Below are positions 1 to 13,458 of a stretch of DNA of 64,000 bases, in pieces. The notes beneath the pieces are model-generated. The model saw only the letters and a list, made by a program, of their open reading frames with translations. It was not told the DNA's origin and searched no databases. Position 1 is the first letter of the stretch, and the number at the start of each line of letters is the position of its first letter. The position numbers and the translations under genes were made by a program. The stretch is from NCBI RefSeq assembly GCF_964204865.1, contig NC_135253.1, positions 16,120,001 through 16,184,000 on the forward strand. The letters run 5' to 3'. The DNA comes from Styela clava (Eukaryota).

Positions 1-275
1 CTAAATTGGGAGACTCTTGGTCTCGGTCACACCTCTCAAACGCCCAATTAACATTAAAATAAGATGCTCGCGAGAACGTTTAATCTAAATTTTGCTATCA
101 ACCTCTCATAACCAATCTTTCTTTGAATTTTTCACTTCATCATTCTTCAATTTCTCCCCTCTTTCCACTTGCTTCGTAGTCTATTTTTAATTAAAGTGTA
201 TACCAAAATATTTTTGTAGATTTTATCATTAAATTCATCGTAATTTTACATTCGATTACACCTTGCTATTCAAAT

Positions 276-3200
276 ATGCATTTTCGTGGAAAAACCTCTG
301 CGCGAAGTTCATCGTATAAAAGTTCTTACATTCTGACGACATTACTGCTGGCGATTTTTATCGAAACGACGTTTTGCCGGAATATTAAATCCGAGTCAAC
401 TTCAGTGCCTGAAGGACATTCTAAAGCTGCAAAGAAATATTTTGTGAGTATAATATTTTCACTATTTTTTTTTTTAATTTATAAACATATTTTCCAAATT
501 TTTTCTCAGTTTGAAAATGTTACATTTAACACACTTTAGTACATTCTGTTTGAAAAATAAATTCCATCCATTTCATTCTTCACTGACTGTTCGCCTTACC
601 ACATGTTATTCAAATACATGCCCTCATATTTATTGCAAAAAAATATACAAAATGAGGTTATTTTCATGTATTTTTTGATGAATTCTCATTTTATGGGAAT
701 GTATCATTGGTGTACAAGTGATATACTTTGTTTAGATGCAAATAATCCGTATTTTAACAAATGAATTTATATCTAGGTTTGTTTGTTTGTGTTTACTTTT
801 TTCTATTGTGCTACCCTATCGTGTCGTTCTGATCACATTTCACCGATGTGCAGTCAACACAATATATCTATCTAATTTGAGATAATAACAATTGTACCGC
901 CATCAGGGCCATTTGTATGCCATGGCAAATCACTCGATTTACAAAAATAAGTTGTTAACTGGAGACGATAAGGCTAGAAACTATAGTTCGTTCGCCGTTT
1001 GAAGAGTGCGTTTGCAGTTCAAATATGTTTTACACAATTACTAGATTCTCAATAAATTTATATATAATAACTTTTATTTGTTGCCTTATTAAGCGAGTGT
1101 CCCTGTGAGAATAATTCATCTTCACAATGGTATTGTATTGATCGCATCTTCTATTTAGTTGCATATCGAAGTAATACTCCAAAACACAAGTGTAACTGCG
1201 GTTGGTTTTTCAGTTTAGTTTTAAAATGGTGAAACAGAGTTTTAAGATGTACACGATTTAAAATTACAATTCTAAATCGTGTACATCTTAAAACTCTGTA
1301 TCAGTTGCGACTCTACCCAAAGATCTTATAATCGTGTCATCGAAGCACCAAAATAGCTGGTCATATTGCAGTTTTCAACGTTTTTGCAATAAACAAGAAT
1401 ATATAAGAATTTATCATTGAAAGTGACATTTGTGAACTAATGTTATTTGTATTTTTTTTTTAAATGCAACTTTGTGAACAATGAACAATATTTTATTGAT
1501 GTGTTCTTTTAAACAGTTCTACTTGATTGTTCCTTTATAAATGGTGCATTCTTAAACTTCAATATTGTATCAATTTCAATCGCATAATTACCATCTTTTC
1601 GCTACTGCTACAAAGTTTTTAATTAGAAAAATTATTTCTTCAGACTACTGCTGAAACACCTAATCGAATTAACGTAACTTTGCAAAGATCCAACGCTGTT
1701 ACTGAAGATGAAGCAAGCATATTACTGGCGGTGAGTAACTTATATTCTTCATGAAATATGTGACATGAACCCATCAAATTTTTTGTTCACTGTATTTGTT
1801 CATCACGAGATTTGTGTATGAAAGATTCAAGGCATCTGTATTTCTAGTGAATTATATTTGATCGATCTTTTTAAAATAAAATGGCGACGACTCCTTTAAC
1901 CATGCTTGAGGTCGCGACGGCGGGAACAACCAATTTTTAAATCAATAAAACTGGTAGTGTAACATACAAATATATGGAAAAGAAAGTAATTTAATGAAAA
2001 TCCTGATATCACGAATTAAGAAACTGGAAAATAAAGCAATAATATATTCATTTTCTATGTATTTAATAACTTTACAATTTTCGATCAAAGCCAGACGTCG
2101 TGACTGGAACCGGCATTTTACACGCACTGTCAAGCATTTTCTATCTACACCAACCAGGGAAATGCTTTCAAAATTATTATTTGACTTGATTAATGAGCGT
2201 CGTTTCGACGCAATGACGCATTATAGATTGATTTACATCGAAAACACTAATTGTAGTTTGCGTGAAAATCTTGCCAAGATTAGATCAATTATACTTAAGC
2301 GAGAACGTAGGGTAACGTTCGGTCGTCAATTAGCGTAAACAAATTTATCCTAGAGTCGCGTATATTCAGTTTGTTTCACTTCCGATGGATAACTAATTTT
2401 ATAGAAAAAATTTACATTTGAAACGGAGAAAATTGTTTTTCATAATTTTGAAATCACAAGTTTAGAGTATCAAGCCAAATTTAATCAATATGACGCCCAA
2501 AACTCAATCATATTTTGGTATAATCAGAATTTGAATACTCAAATTCTACTTTTCGTATGTCTGTTTTGAGCAATTAGTCGTGCTAATATCGTTGTTATAA
2601 ATTAAACTATTTTTACTAATGGGGCAAGTGTTGATTTAACAGATACATTGCATTTACGCCATTTAGAATAGTGTTATCTCCAATTGGGTAGAGAAATATA
2701 ATATGTAAATGGTTGGAAAAATATTAAAATTAAGGCAGTGATTTATATATTTCAATTGTTCAATCGTCGGCCTTTGAACTTAATTAGAAGTCATCGGGTT
2801 GTTAAAATATACTAGTGTTTATTAAAGCTCTTGAATCGGTAAAAACCGACATCTTCAATTCACTGTTGCCAAAGCATCCTCACATTTTACGCGTACGGTT
2901 CTTTCCTGGAATTGTACTCAGTTTGATTGGAGCAGATAACTTCATTTGCATTCTTTCACAATTTGTACAAAATTATTTTCGGTGAAAATTTAATATAAAA
3001 TGAGTGGGTTTTAATATAAATACTGATTGTTCATACGATAAAACATATCACACGTGCTCCCCTAAGGCTAACGTTTGTACGTTCCCGAATGTTTCAGTAA
3101 TAAGTCAAATCATCGGCAATTTTTAATTTCCTAGTGCTGGTACCAAAGAGAGTTTGCGTTACCGTTCTATAAACAGTTTATGACATATTATTTTAATATA

Positions 3201-5635
3201 AGCTCTGTAAGTTCAAACACTTTCGAATTATCGCACGGAGGAATCTGAACCTCGCATGCAAAATAGATCGGGCCTGATTTCGACTCAAGTTTACAATAAG
3301 AAACCAAAATTTTGTACACTACACGCTGATGTCACAGAGATTAGCACAAACTATCACTTATTACCAGCGTATTCACTTTATTGAGTTATTTCAGTTTTTT
3401 ACCATCTTCAGCGTTTTTGTCCATTTTAAAATTTCAAACCATTTTTGAATTGGACTGGATTTCTACACCGGGAATCACTGAATGCGCGCTAATTCGAGTT
3501 ACTATTCGTACATTTATGCATTATATCAATACCGTCAATATACTCGTTGAACAGTTTTATTTAATGATTCATTTATCACAACAGAAAGATTCGTACTGTA
3601 CCTGCAAGTGTTGTCGCCCCCAAAAGAAGGGCCAAGATATCTGCAGAAAACTAGTACGCTATGATCTACCAGAGGATTTCAAATGTCCCAAAAAATTCTG
3701 CACAAATGCAATTGGAAATGATTGCACAAATTGGAACAAACATAGATGTGCCAAAGCGTGCTTTTGTCAGTAAGTTGTAAAATGGATAGTTTTATTTGTA
3801 ACAATATAATTACGTATATTAACTAACCTATTAGTTCATATTGGAATGAAATATAAACAGAATTTAAAAATCCGACCATGTATTAAAATGAAAGAGAAAC
3901 CATTCTACAATCCACACTATCGGTATTTCTATGGAGGCAAACATCGATAACCAATAATTTTTATTTAACAGAAAATGTAAAGGACGTTTGCCTCAAGGAG
4001 ACGGTCGTTGTTCTGGGGAATTACAACCAGCTGCCGGGTGTCTTTGTCGTGGACACGAAGAAGCAGGAAGTGAAACAATATGTACTAAAAAAAAACAAGG
4101 ACTTGCAAGCGTTTGGCATTTTTTGACAGCAGCAAAAATGAGTAAAAAGTTCTTAAAATGTCAAATGGGTTGTTTTTGCAAGTAAGATATTACTTTTTCT
4201 TCAGATATTACTATTTTGAGTTACAAATCGTCTTACTACCCAAATATATTTATGTAGTTTTTTAACCAACATCATACATTTTATAGTTCTTGATTGAGTT
4301 TCGTTTTATTGACACCATGTCGGAAAACAAGGCCTTGTATCAAGTACATTCGTTAAATTTGACACGATAAACAAGACGTCATAAGTATATATTAAATTAG
4401 GTTTCGAATGTTCATAATTATTCAGATTTAGCAAAAAATAAAATTAATTAACTAGTTAATGACGACTAAAGATAAAAATAAACAAGATTAGTTGCATCTT
4501 ATAACCTATAGAAAAAAGCTTTAAGCACTTCGATACAATGAATACTAGTAAGCAATGACTTCGCCATTTTGCTTTTATTTATCGCCACAATAAAGCCAGA
4601 CAGAGAACATGCACTGAGTTAATTCATGACGGGTTTCGAAAATTACATAAATTTCGTTCATGTTTACTTCGTTGTGTTTACATGTTTTCAATATAAACGC
4701 TAAATTGGAAAATTATTTCGTTCTTAGGTCTGAGGCGAACTTTTTATTTATTAAATTTGGTTAGTATGTTTGAAAATAATATTTATATATTTTTCAGCAC
4801 TTGCTCCCACACTACTTTGTCCCAAGTTTTCAAGGGAGTAAACACTACTGTGATGTGTAAAGCTTATCCATCTATACCTGGCCACTGTAAGATGCCGTGT
4901 CCTCCCTGTCCAGACCATGCCGCAGTGAGTCAAGCACGACAGGTAACTTTCAATACAAAATTGGTTTCATTTATATATCTGAAATCTATCACATGCGGTA
5001 GGAAATGACGAAACAGAATTATTAAACTTCTGACAAATAGTCACTGTATCATTTGGTTACTTTATAGTCTTGAAGTATAATACCTATTTCTTCAGCCTAG
5101 ACTCTGATTGTTCCTCAAAAGCAATTGTGTCGCTGTTAGTTATTAATTATTAATTCTTAAAAGTATTTCATTTCGTCATTCAAATGGTTTTTGTGGTAAA
5201 AATGTGTTGACTGTATATCAGCGAAACTTGATCAGAATGACATGATAAGGGTAGCACAAAGGGATAAAGATAAAGATGTTCGTAAACACAAACAAACAAA
5301 CCTAGATGGTATGGGTCGATTATCACAGCGTACTGTTATAAGAAATAAATGGTTTGAAGTTCGTCGGAAAAATGTGGTTCTATGTCTTCGGAATTTGAAC
5401 CTCTGACGAACTTGTATAAGTTCGTCATATTTTGGATTACATAGTGCATTACTGACACTTAATACTTTGTGATGGACATCTTTAGGTTAGCCTTGACATC
5501 CCGTTAAATAAATCCAATATATATATTGCATCACGGGAAAAAAATTGAAGTCAATGGATGCGACAATAATTTTCACTGCTCTATTTTCAGACTCTCCAAG
5601 ATGTATGGCGCTTGCAAGGAAGCCATGGTGGTTAA
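276..5635 (+). CDS. Orphan secreted cysteine-rich protein, multi-exon (276-443, 1644-1730, 3585-3769, 3972-4181, 4798-4942, last exon probably 5591-5635)
   Basis: GT/AG sites with matching phases (0,0,2,2,0) join one open frame. It has a hydrophobic signal-like segment (YILTTLLLAIFIETTFC), a Cys-free spacer, then 24 Cys in exons 3-5. The last exon is ambiguous: alternative donor at 4925 and alternative acceptor at 5095 giving PRL*. Confidence 0.75.
771..860 (+). repeat. Short interspersed repeat, copy 1 (inverted partner at 5203-5307)
   Basis: atctaggtttgtttgtttgtgtttac...gtgctaccct...ttctgatca...cagtcaacaca is the diverged reverse complement of 5203-5307. Confidence 0.8.
1234..1299. repeat. 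66-bp near-perfect palindrome (27-bp perfect arms)
   Basis: acagagttttaagatgtacacgattta (1234-1260) and its exact reverse complement (1273-1299). Confidence 0.95.
5203..5307 (-). repeat. Short interspersed repeat, copy 2 (inverted relative to 771-860)
   Basis: tgtgttgactg...gatcagaa...agggtagcaca...gtaaacacaaacaaacaaacctagat. Confidence 0.8.
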
Positions 5636-7289
5636 AATTGGTTCATCTGATTGTCGTTAGACTCTCATGCGTCATTGCACATTGCGTCATCAACACAAAT
5701 TCAGTCAGTGACTGGCTACGAGATCTTCGTGGCGAAAGATAAACTTTACATGCTTTCACGTTCTGGCGAGTTTTGAAAGAATTTATCAGCGCGCTCATAG
5801 CGACATAATTTGGTTAGGTAATTTTTGTCAAAATAAGTTCAGTAAATGCGTTTGTCGGTCCAGTTGAATCGTTCAAAGTCATGAAATGTAGTTATATTTG
5901 TACGTTTTTTTCGCCCCATCTTACGTACTTAACCTAAATACTCCTCATGTACTGTGATTTGTTCCTGTCAATTACCGCTAAATTTGCAAACCGGAATTTG
6001 GACGTAGTAGTAGAAGTATATATATAGACTTAGTAGTATATATATATTCGAAAGTAGGCTTTTTGTGCTTATTACATTGTTTCCATATTCTATATATATT
6101 TTAAAGTTTACAAGGCTTCACGGTTTATAGTAGTTTGCATTCATTGTTACTTATTTTACTTTTTCATTCGCAGCTATCCATTTTATTGCTGACAGAATGT
6201 CCACTGACATATTTTCGTTTTCTCTATTTTCACATTGATTTCATTACTGATTCTTTTGTTTCGAAATTTGTTTTAAATTTCGTTGGACGACTTGACTTGT
6301 AACCTTCATTGTATCAAAAAATACAACACGAGTCAGATAGAGTATATATGCGTTTGACTTTAAAAATGGGAGGGTTGAAGTACAGATGATCGCCTCGTAA
6401 TATAGATCTCCTAAAAGAGATTGCTACAAATTATTCTCGTTCTACATAAAAAGAAGCATTATTTTTTGTAAATGTGAACTCTGAAGGATTGCTCCGAACT
6501 AGCAAATCGGGGTTATTGTTTGCAGCATATTATCGTTGAATTAGTTTAGCAAGTTGTTTTAATGATCAATAAAGTGGAGTGTAAATGGAAAAAAAGCCTG
6601 TACCGAACCAATATTATATCATTATTGATGTCCGTGAGAGTTTAATTTTGAGAAACGAAAGAATTAAAATATCGAATTAAAACCCGGAAATATACGTCTA
6701 CAAGTTTCCGTACTACTCACAAAACTTAAAAAAAATGTCTCTTCGCTCTCACATCGTCAGAATTTGCTACTGTAAATGTCTAGCTAAGACGCATTACTTA
6801 ATATTATTTTCGAGTGACATGGATTATTTATGTGAAAACGTAAACTCCACGTTTTATAAAAATATTTTTCAAGCAGACCATGGGAAAAATAATCAAAGAT
6901 TGATGATTAAAAATAACAAAAGAGCAGTGATTAAATATGTGAACACGATGGCCGGAACGAAGTAGTATCAAATCTTCTACAGCACCGATATAGTCTATCT
7001 TGTCAAAAAACTCCCGATTTTGCTGGCCACCAGATAGATCATCATTGAAATACCATCGCGGAACCGCCACAAGGTGTGCATTTTTCATTTTATAGTGATG
7101 TCATTGCACAAAACCTCTAAGGGAAAAACAAATCCCATAAGTGCCAGTGCCACAGAATTTTTGAAATGAATAAAAGTACAGTCTTCTAGATAGCGTGTGT
7201 CTTTTTACAGGGAGCCCACACACAAACTCTAAAAATGAAACTCTCGCGCAGAAGTGGCACATATTTTAAAAGCTTAGTTGAGCTATTGG

Positions 7290-7520
7290 CGATTGAAAGA
7301 ACAAGCTTGTGGCCGGTCTAAATAAGCTGTGACCTCAACGTTCTTACCATCGGTCGTTAACAAACTGAAGTCTTACTTTAGGTACTAGCCCATCACAACT
7401 GGGAAGAACCTCCACAATCCTTCCTATTTTCATGAGACACATCCTCGATAACATGGTTAAGATTACCCAAAGCCAAACATTGGTTATAAACCTGAAACTA
7501 AGTGAAAGCCTCGAATTATG
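7290..7520 (-). mobile_element. BEL/Pao LTR retrotransposon 3' pol fragment (DUF5641-like), degenerate
   Basis: The minus-strand translation KIGRIVEVLPSCDGLV...HKLVL resembles the BEL/Pao C-terminal GRIxEVxPGxDGxVR motif. Confidence 0.6.
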
Positions 7521-8498
7521 AAAATATGCACCAGCAGATGACTTACTGCTTGTTCACATTTTGACGGGAACATTTCGACCCACTCTGATCAACTTTTGGT
7601 ACTCCTGATCCTTTTCAGCAACTTCGCGAAGACATGTTAAATTTGGATCGGAAAAAGACACAATTATCACCCTCATCTACGACTTCAAGTGGAATAATTT
7701 GCCAAATTTTCGTTACGCAGGTTTTCACATCTTCCTCAGCCTCTAAGAATCTTTCGTCGGGTCATCAATTGGGGCACGCGAAAGCGCATGCAGTTTTCCC
7801 TTGCGCCAAATTGTAGGAAACACATACATTGAGAGTTTCTTCTTGATACGCTGGAGGCGAGAATTTTCGACCATGACCAACGTCTGGCGATCAAGAATTG
7901 GGACTAGCGGTTGGTGGTCCACTATCAATGTGAAATGAGGTAATCCGAGCAGTAAAATTCCACATTTGCGAACGGTCCAGACAACATCTAATAATTCAAC
8001 CATTGCATACCGTATTTCCACGTCGTTTAAAAATCTTGAACTGCATTGTACGAGTCGCCATTTTTCTCCATGTTGTTGAAGTCGAGCATAGCCCATTCCC
8101 TTCACTCGTCACCCGTGGATGACAAGCCCATGGGAGCTCGTAAAAATTTATATCTACCACAGGTGGTTATGAAAGTTGTCAGATGCCGACTACTTGAGTC
8201 TAACGAGATTTGCCAATACCCGGGGTTTGCGTCCATTGTAGAGAAATATATGGACTCATCCGACAATCCAGATATTGCATCTTTCGAGGTCTGTAGTGGA
8301 TATGATGGCCGAGTAACAATATTAATAAGCTTTGTTAGGTCCACACAAACACGTACACCACCTTGTGGCTTTGGCACAATAACCATTGAATGGCACCACT
8401 CAGATGGTTCCGTCACTGGTGATGGTATTTTTGATTCAACCATTCTTTGCAGTTGCTGATGAACTTCATCTCGCCATGCATACGGAATTGTTCTAGAG

Positions 8499-10125
8499 CA
8501 GGGGTCACCAAACTACGGCCCGCGGGCCGGATCCGGCCCGCAATAACACGTAAAAATGGCGAATTTTTTTTCCAAGGGAAATTCTCCTCGAGCATCGTCT
8601 TCCTTGTTTATTTCGTAACATTGGCCAATCACCAAGATGCAAAAAAGTGACGTAATAATAGGCCCTTTCGCATCCGCTTAAATACTTTTGTTTTGTCACC
8701 CCTGACAGATTTTCAGTCGTGGTTGTAAACAATACTTCGCTTTTGCGATTTTGAATGCTATTCGTTAGTTTTTGGTTGTGTTTGGGAAATTTAAGTATGA
8801 ATCAAATGCGTCAATCATCATTTGCCTCCTTAGGAGTTGTAGTTTTAATAGTAGTAATGAAAAATTAGTCTAGAAATAGCTGTGACAAAATAGGCTAAAA
8901 TTCTCTACCGGTACGCGACGTTTTCTGCGAAAGATGCACTCGTGGCGCGTGCTTTCGACGAAACTGTTTACGTTGCTTGTGCTAAAATGAACGTCGAATG
9001 CGCATGTTGCGCTAACAGTACTGTAATCCCTCGCGCACTGCTCCAATTTCACAAGTCACACTAACTTTTGTACTGCTTTATAGCGGATATTCATGTAGGT
9101 ATGTTACAAAAAATTAAAGTTTATCCGATTTAAATAAAAACTGCGCCGGTGGATCTGAGTGAAAATAAGAAAACAATACCAAGTTTATAAAAAAACGATC
9201 AAGAAATAATGGAGATATCGGAATTTTAGTACCACCAGACAGGCCAATTCTTTCCATAAGGATTGTATTACTTTTTTCATAAGAACTGTAATAAATATGA
9301 AAAAAGAACACATATCAATCACTAGTCTTTCGACTTGCGTCACATGCGAATATTAAGACTATTTCAGGATTTTATTCTGTCAACGGTCTTGATACCGCCG
9401 AAAGATTGTCGCATATATACGCTGGTGTTGTGCACGTTAGTTTGACAGTGGTTCATTGTCGGTAATATTTAACGATGTTTCGATTGTACAAATTTCATAA
9501 AAATTGGTAAGTATCAAGTTAGAAAAGAAATACACACGTCCACATAAATTTGATTGGTGGCCAGAGACAATATTATTAATCTGTACTACGTATAAATAGA
9601 GCGTAATTTTTAAAAGCTCCGAATGTTGGGAAATTTATGCGCTAATGAAAAAAATCAAATACCAGATAATAGTTGTTTATTTTATCTAAATTATTTCAAA
9701 ATTTCATGGAATTCCATGCTACAGCAAGCAGTCCGTAGACGTTTTTATGAGCGGTATTCGGCACGGCGTAACGGTACTTAGCAGACGTGATGCGTACATT
9801 TTTTGGAGAGAAAAAGCGGATTTTGTAACATTCCTAATTCATGACTGCAACGTTTTGATAACAGCTAAACTCAGGGTAGCTGTCTACATATAGAAATCTT
9901 GTATATTTGTTTTCCTAAAATGTTCTCGATCTATATTATGCGATATAAATAGAATTTAATATTCAAGTCTTCAGAAATATAGAATATATATTGTTGAATA
10001 AACTGCATAGATTTCCCAACTTTTGTGAATTTATTGTATTGCATTGACAAAAATATTTGTCCGGCCCGTTTCAACACAGTTTAGGTCATATCCAACCCGC
10101 GGTCAAAAAAGTTTGGTGACCCCTG
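8499..10125. mobile_element. Non-autonomous hAT (Charlie/Buster-like) DNA transposon nested in gypsy pol
   Basis: Perfect 16-bp TIR caggggtcaccaaact / agtttggtgacccctg and perfect 8-bp TSD ttctagag. Removing it restores the pol frame PFALHASRTIPYAWRDEV. Confidence 0.95.
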
Positions 10126-11696
10126 TTCTAGAGGCATGTAATGCGAAAGGTTTTGCTTTGTCACTTAAATGAATTTTCATTGGAGGCCCCTCGATGGGCT
10201 TCAGTATTTCTTCTGAACTGAACACATCTTTTCGAAATGTTCAATAAGTTTGCTTTTTATTTGTAAAATTTCATCCGATGAAGGTACGTCTGGCAAATTC
10301 CTAAGCAATGACCTCATTATCACTAGTCACAGGTAAAGCGATTGCAAATACTTGTACTGGCTTAGGGTACTGTGATGGTATAATACCCAAATCACTGCAT
10401 ACAGACCAAGCCAGAAGAGCCCCCTTGCATCCATCGCATACCAAATTTTTTGCGTCCGTTGTTTTACGAAAATATGACAAATATACACAGTACCGATGCA
10501 TTTCATACCTTGAATATTAGCAGTTAAAACCACACTGCAATCAGGCTTCTGAATATTCCTTATCCCAAGCCTTCGATGCTACTCAAACCTCGACTCCAGT
10601 GTCTGGCATAGCCATTGAGCTTCCCATAAATGTACCATTACTGCTGTGAACATTTACTTTGACATGCTGAGGTTTTTTTCCAACTCAATTTGACAATTTA
10701 CGGCAGCGTATAATGTTTGTATCTGGAGGCTTGTTAGCCTGTAAACTTTTCGCTTTTCGGCACACCCGTGCAAAATGCCCTTGCCTCCCACAATTAAAGC
10801 AAGTTTGATTCTTGGCTGGACATTTTCCTGTGTGGCCCCTGCTACAATAATTGCATGGTGACTTTCCAGAAATATCACTGTTTAGCGCAGCCTTGCTCAC
10901 GGATGCCAGATTTTCGTTATTGACGCTAGATTCAAGGATATCATTATTTTTAGCGGCGCATTCGTCGCTCCTGCAGATATCTACAGCATCTTGTAATTTC
11001 GGAAACGGTGTCCTTGATAAGAGTTTACGCCTTGTGTATTGTGAAGTTATGCCAGCAATAATATGAGTGGTTAATCGCATGTCAAAACAACTATCACACA
11101 ATTCCGCGTTACCGGCAATTTTTCTCAGGTTCATAAAAAACGAATTAAAAGTTTCACCCGGCAATTGTCTTCTCTTTTCAAAATCCACCCGATCGAGTGC
11201 AACATTTCGTTGTTTGCGAAAAAATCCCGTATTCGTTTCAACAATTCGTCCACCGTCAATTCAGTTTCTGATTCATAATTGGGGTTTATGACGTGATTTA
11301 GAGTGTCCAAAATTCTTGGTGATAAGAATCCGTTGAAATGTGGAGCCGGAGTGGTTTATCGGGTGGCGGAGGGCCTGGACTGGCCTCTTTTCCTTAAAAG
11401 AACGCTTACTGGGCTTTATGGTCCTTTTCCATGCGCTGTACCATATTGGCATGACGTCCCTCGATTAAGCGCAGTTCTTCATGCCTTTTCTCATTGGCAT
11501 CAAGATATTGCTGTTCCCTTTCTTTATGTTGCACCTCGCGTTGACACATGTCAAGCGCCAATCGGTCAAAATATTTCTACAACCAGGCAGGTGCCTCAGC
11601 CTTTTTCGCCATTGTCTATCTATTAGATCACCCTGTTGGCAGCAGACTGAAGTTGTGAATTATCCGATTTCGTACCGTTCAAAGTTTAGAAATCGG

Positions 11697-11884
11697 CTGC
11701 CGACAACGCCATGTTATGTCCTGGCGAGGCAAGGAGACTACTGTTTAAAATAACGAAATATATCACACAAGATATACAAAGGAAACGGCGAACAGTATAA
11801 GATCAAATGACAAGCAGCCAATGAGCTTAACAGAAAACACTAGAATGAGTACAGTAATAGACAGGGAAACCTCCTGATGTCACA
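11697..11884 (-). repeat. 5' LTR (11712-11884, TG...CA) and tRNA-Ser primer binding site (11697-11711)
   Basis: The LTR is bounded by tgt...aca. It is followed on the minus strand by TGGCGTTGTCGGCAG, complementary with one mismatch to the 3' end of eukaryotic tRNA-Ser (..CTGCCGACTACGCCA). Confidence 0.8.
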
Positions 11885-13458
11885 ATATGCTATATACAAG
11901 ACTATGCACATGAATATCTACCACAAACCAAATCATGAAGGGCTTGTAGGCTGTAAAAGCAGGACTGCCCCTGATGGTAACAAACTTTGGGTAAGTTGAA
12001 ACATTGGCTTTATGGCTTTTGACGGATTTGGGATTAGGTATCAGGTTTAAGTACATATTATTCCACATAATAAAGTCAAATCTGGTACATTACTTTCTGA
12101 AGATACCGGTAATAGCGCCATAAAACCATGGCAAGAGGCAACCATGACTGCGTTTCATTCGTGGCAGGAGCCGCCATCAAGTGGTAATACCTACTCCTCC
12201 TGTTTTACGCTGTTTCCCTCTGTTTGGCGCTCTTTGCGGTGTTTCGCGCTGTATTCAGTAGGTATAGTAAGACCCCTTTGGAGATGCCATTATTGTTAAT
12301 CTCCTTAAAGTGGTGCTAAACTGCAGATTTGTGCTCCGCTCCTTTTCATATCGGGCATTGTGATTTAAATGTCTGAATGTGGCTAAGTTTTCAAAAGTAT
12401 TTAGTAAAAGAGTAGAATATTGTTATATTTCATGGTAAGAAAAAGCTAACAGGGTAATATGGCTCAATCTCATGGTAAACGATCTTGGGGCATCGGGCAA
12501 CAGAATATTATGTATGGTATATATGTTTTAGTATGGTATATATAGGGCGCTTAATGCAGTAATATTATGTAAGAAAGCGGGTACAGCAGCCAACTTTACC
12601 GGTACTGACGGATTAGTAATTGGCCAGTAATTAGCCTACAAAATGTCTCATCGCAAGACTAATGAACTAAGTAGGCTACAGTGTACAAAATAAATGGCGT
12701 TTGACAGACACAACACCAAACAGCCTAACGCTTGCATTGGTGAATATAAACTAGTCTACCGGTACCGATGTAATATCATAGAAACAAATCAACTCGCGCA
12801 ACATTAGCTTTTTGAAAAAACGTTGCGCGACGTTTCGATCCACCCTCGCAAGTGTCGATAAACGATTGTGCCCCAGCTCAAAAATTTGTCCCACTCGAAC
12901 GAAGCAAGAGTAAAAAAAACGATTTGGGGCAGGTACTTGAAACTGCTGGAACGCGGCAGTAAATAGCGTGCAAAATAGTAAAGAGACGTAATAAATGAAT
13001 AAAAAAACGAAACGTGCCCTTGACCAACGCAAACGAGCGAGTGAGACGGGAGTATGCAGCAACCAATAGCGTGCAAGATAAAAAGTTGAGAGGCACCACT
13101 AATTCTTCCTCATAGTAAATAAGAGCTATGAACGAAATAAGTTAGAGAAAGAAGATACGGAATAATCCAAATGTGCCGCGTGCTCATGACCCGCGCAAAC
13201 GAGCGAGTGGGAGGAGCGTGTAGAAATATAGCAAAGTTTGCGGGGTCGTGGAAACTCCACTTAGCAAATTTGTTCAGTGAAAGACTGGTATACACAAAAC
13301 GGTATACCTTGTTTGCAATCAAAATTTTAACACTAAAAATCGGAATCGATTCTAGTTGATTCCACGAAAAATCGATAACTCGGATGGCGTTATCTTTTCT
13401 GTTGAGTTCTTGTACATGGCTGTTTGGGTATTAAGGTTTTATGGTCTAGACTCTAGAG

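Larger units (their letters stand above)
7570..11884 (-). mobile_element. Decayed Ty3/gypsy (Mag-clade) LTR retrotransposon, 3'-truncated, interrupted by a hAT element
   Basis: Gag with the Mag-type double knuckle CNYCSRGH..CPA..CFNCGRQGHFARVC (10685-11188); protease PDTG (~10600); RT N-terminus GVRVCVDL..GYWQI..GRYKFLRAPMGL (8102-8443); RNase H DHQPL/ALSRAP (7743-8105). The RT YxDD core is deleted, and no integrase or 3' LTR was found. Confidence 0.92.

Noticed and set aside
1994-2338. 114-aa ORF in intron 2 of the Cys-rich gene
   Set aside because: No recognisable motif or splice support, and the composition is typical of AT-rich non-coding DNA.
3585-4942. Vanabin, metallothionein or EGF assignment for the Cys-rich protein
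   Set aside because: Cys spacing does not match the regular C-x2-4-C vanabin pattern, metallothioneins are not secreted, and no EGF consensus is present.
5887-6327. TG...CA bounded segment as a solo LTR
   Set aside because: No TSD, PBS or PPT support.
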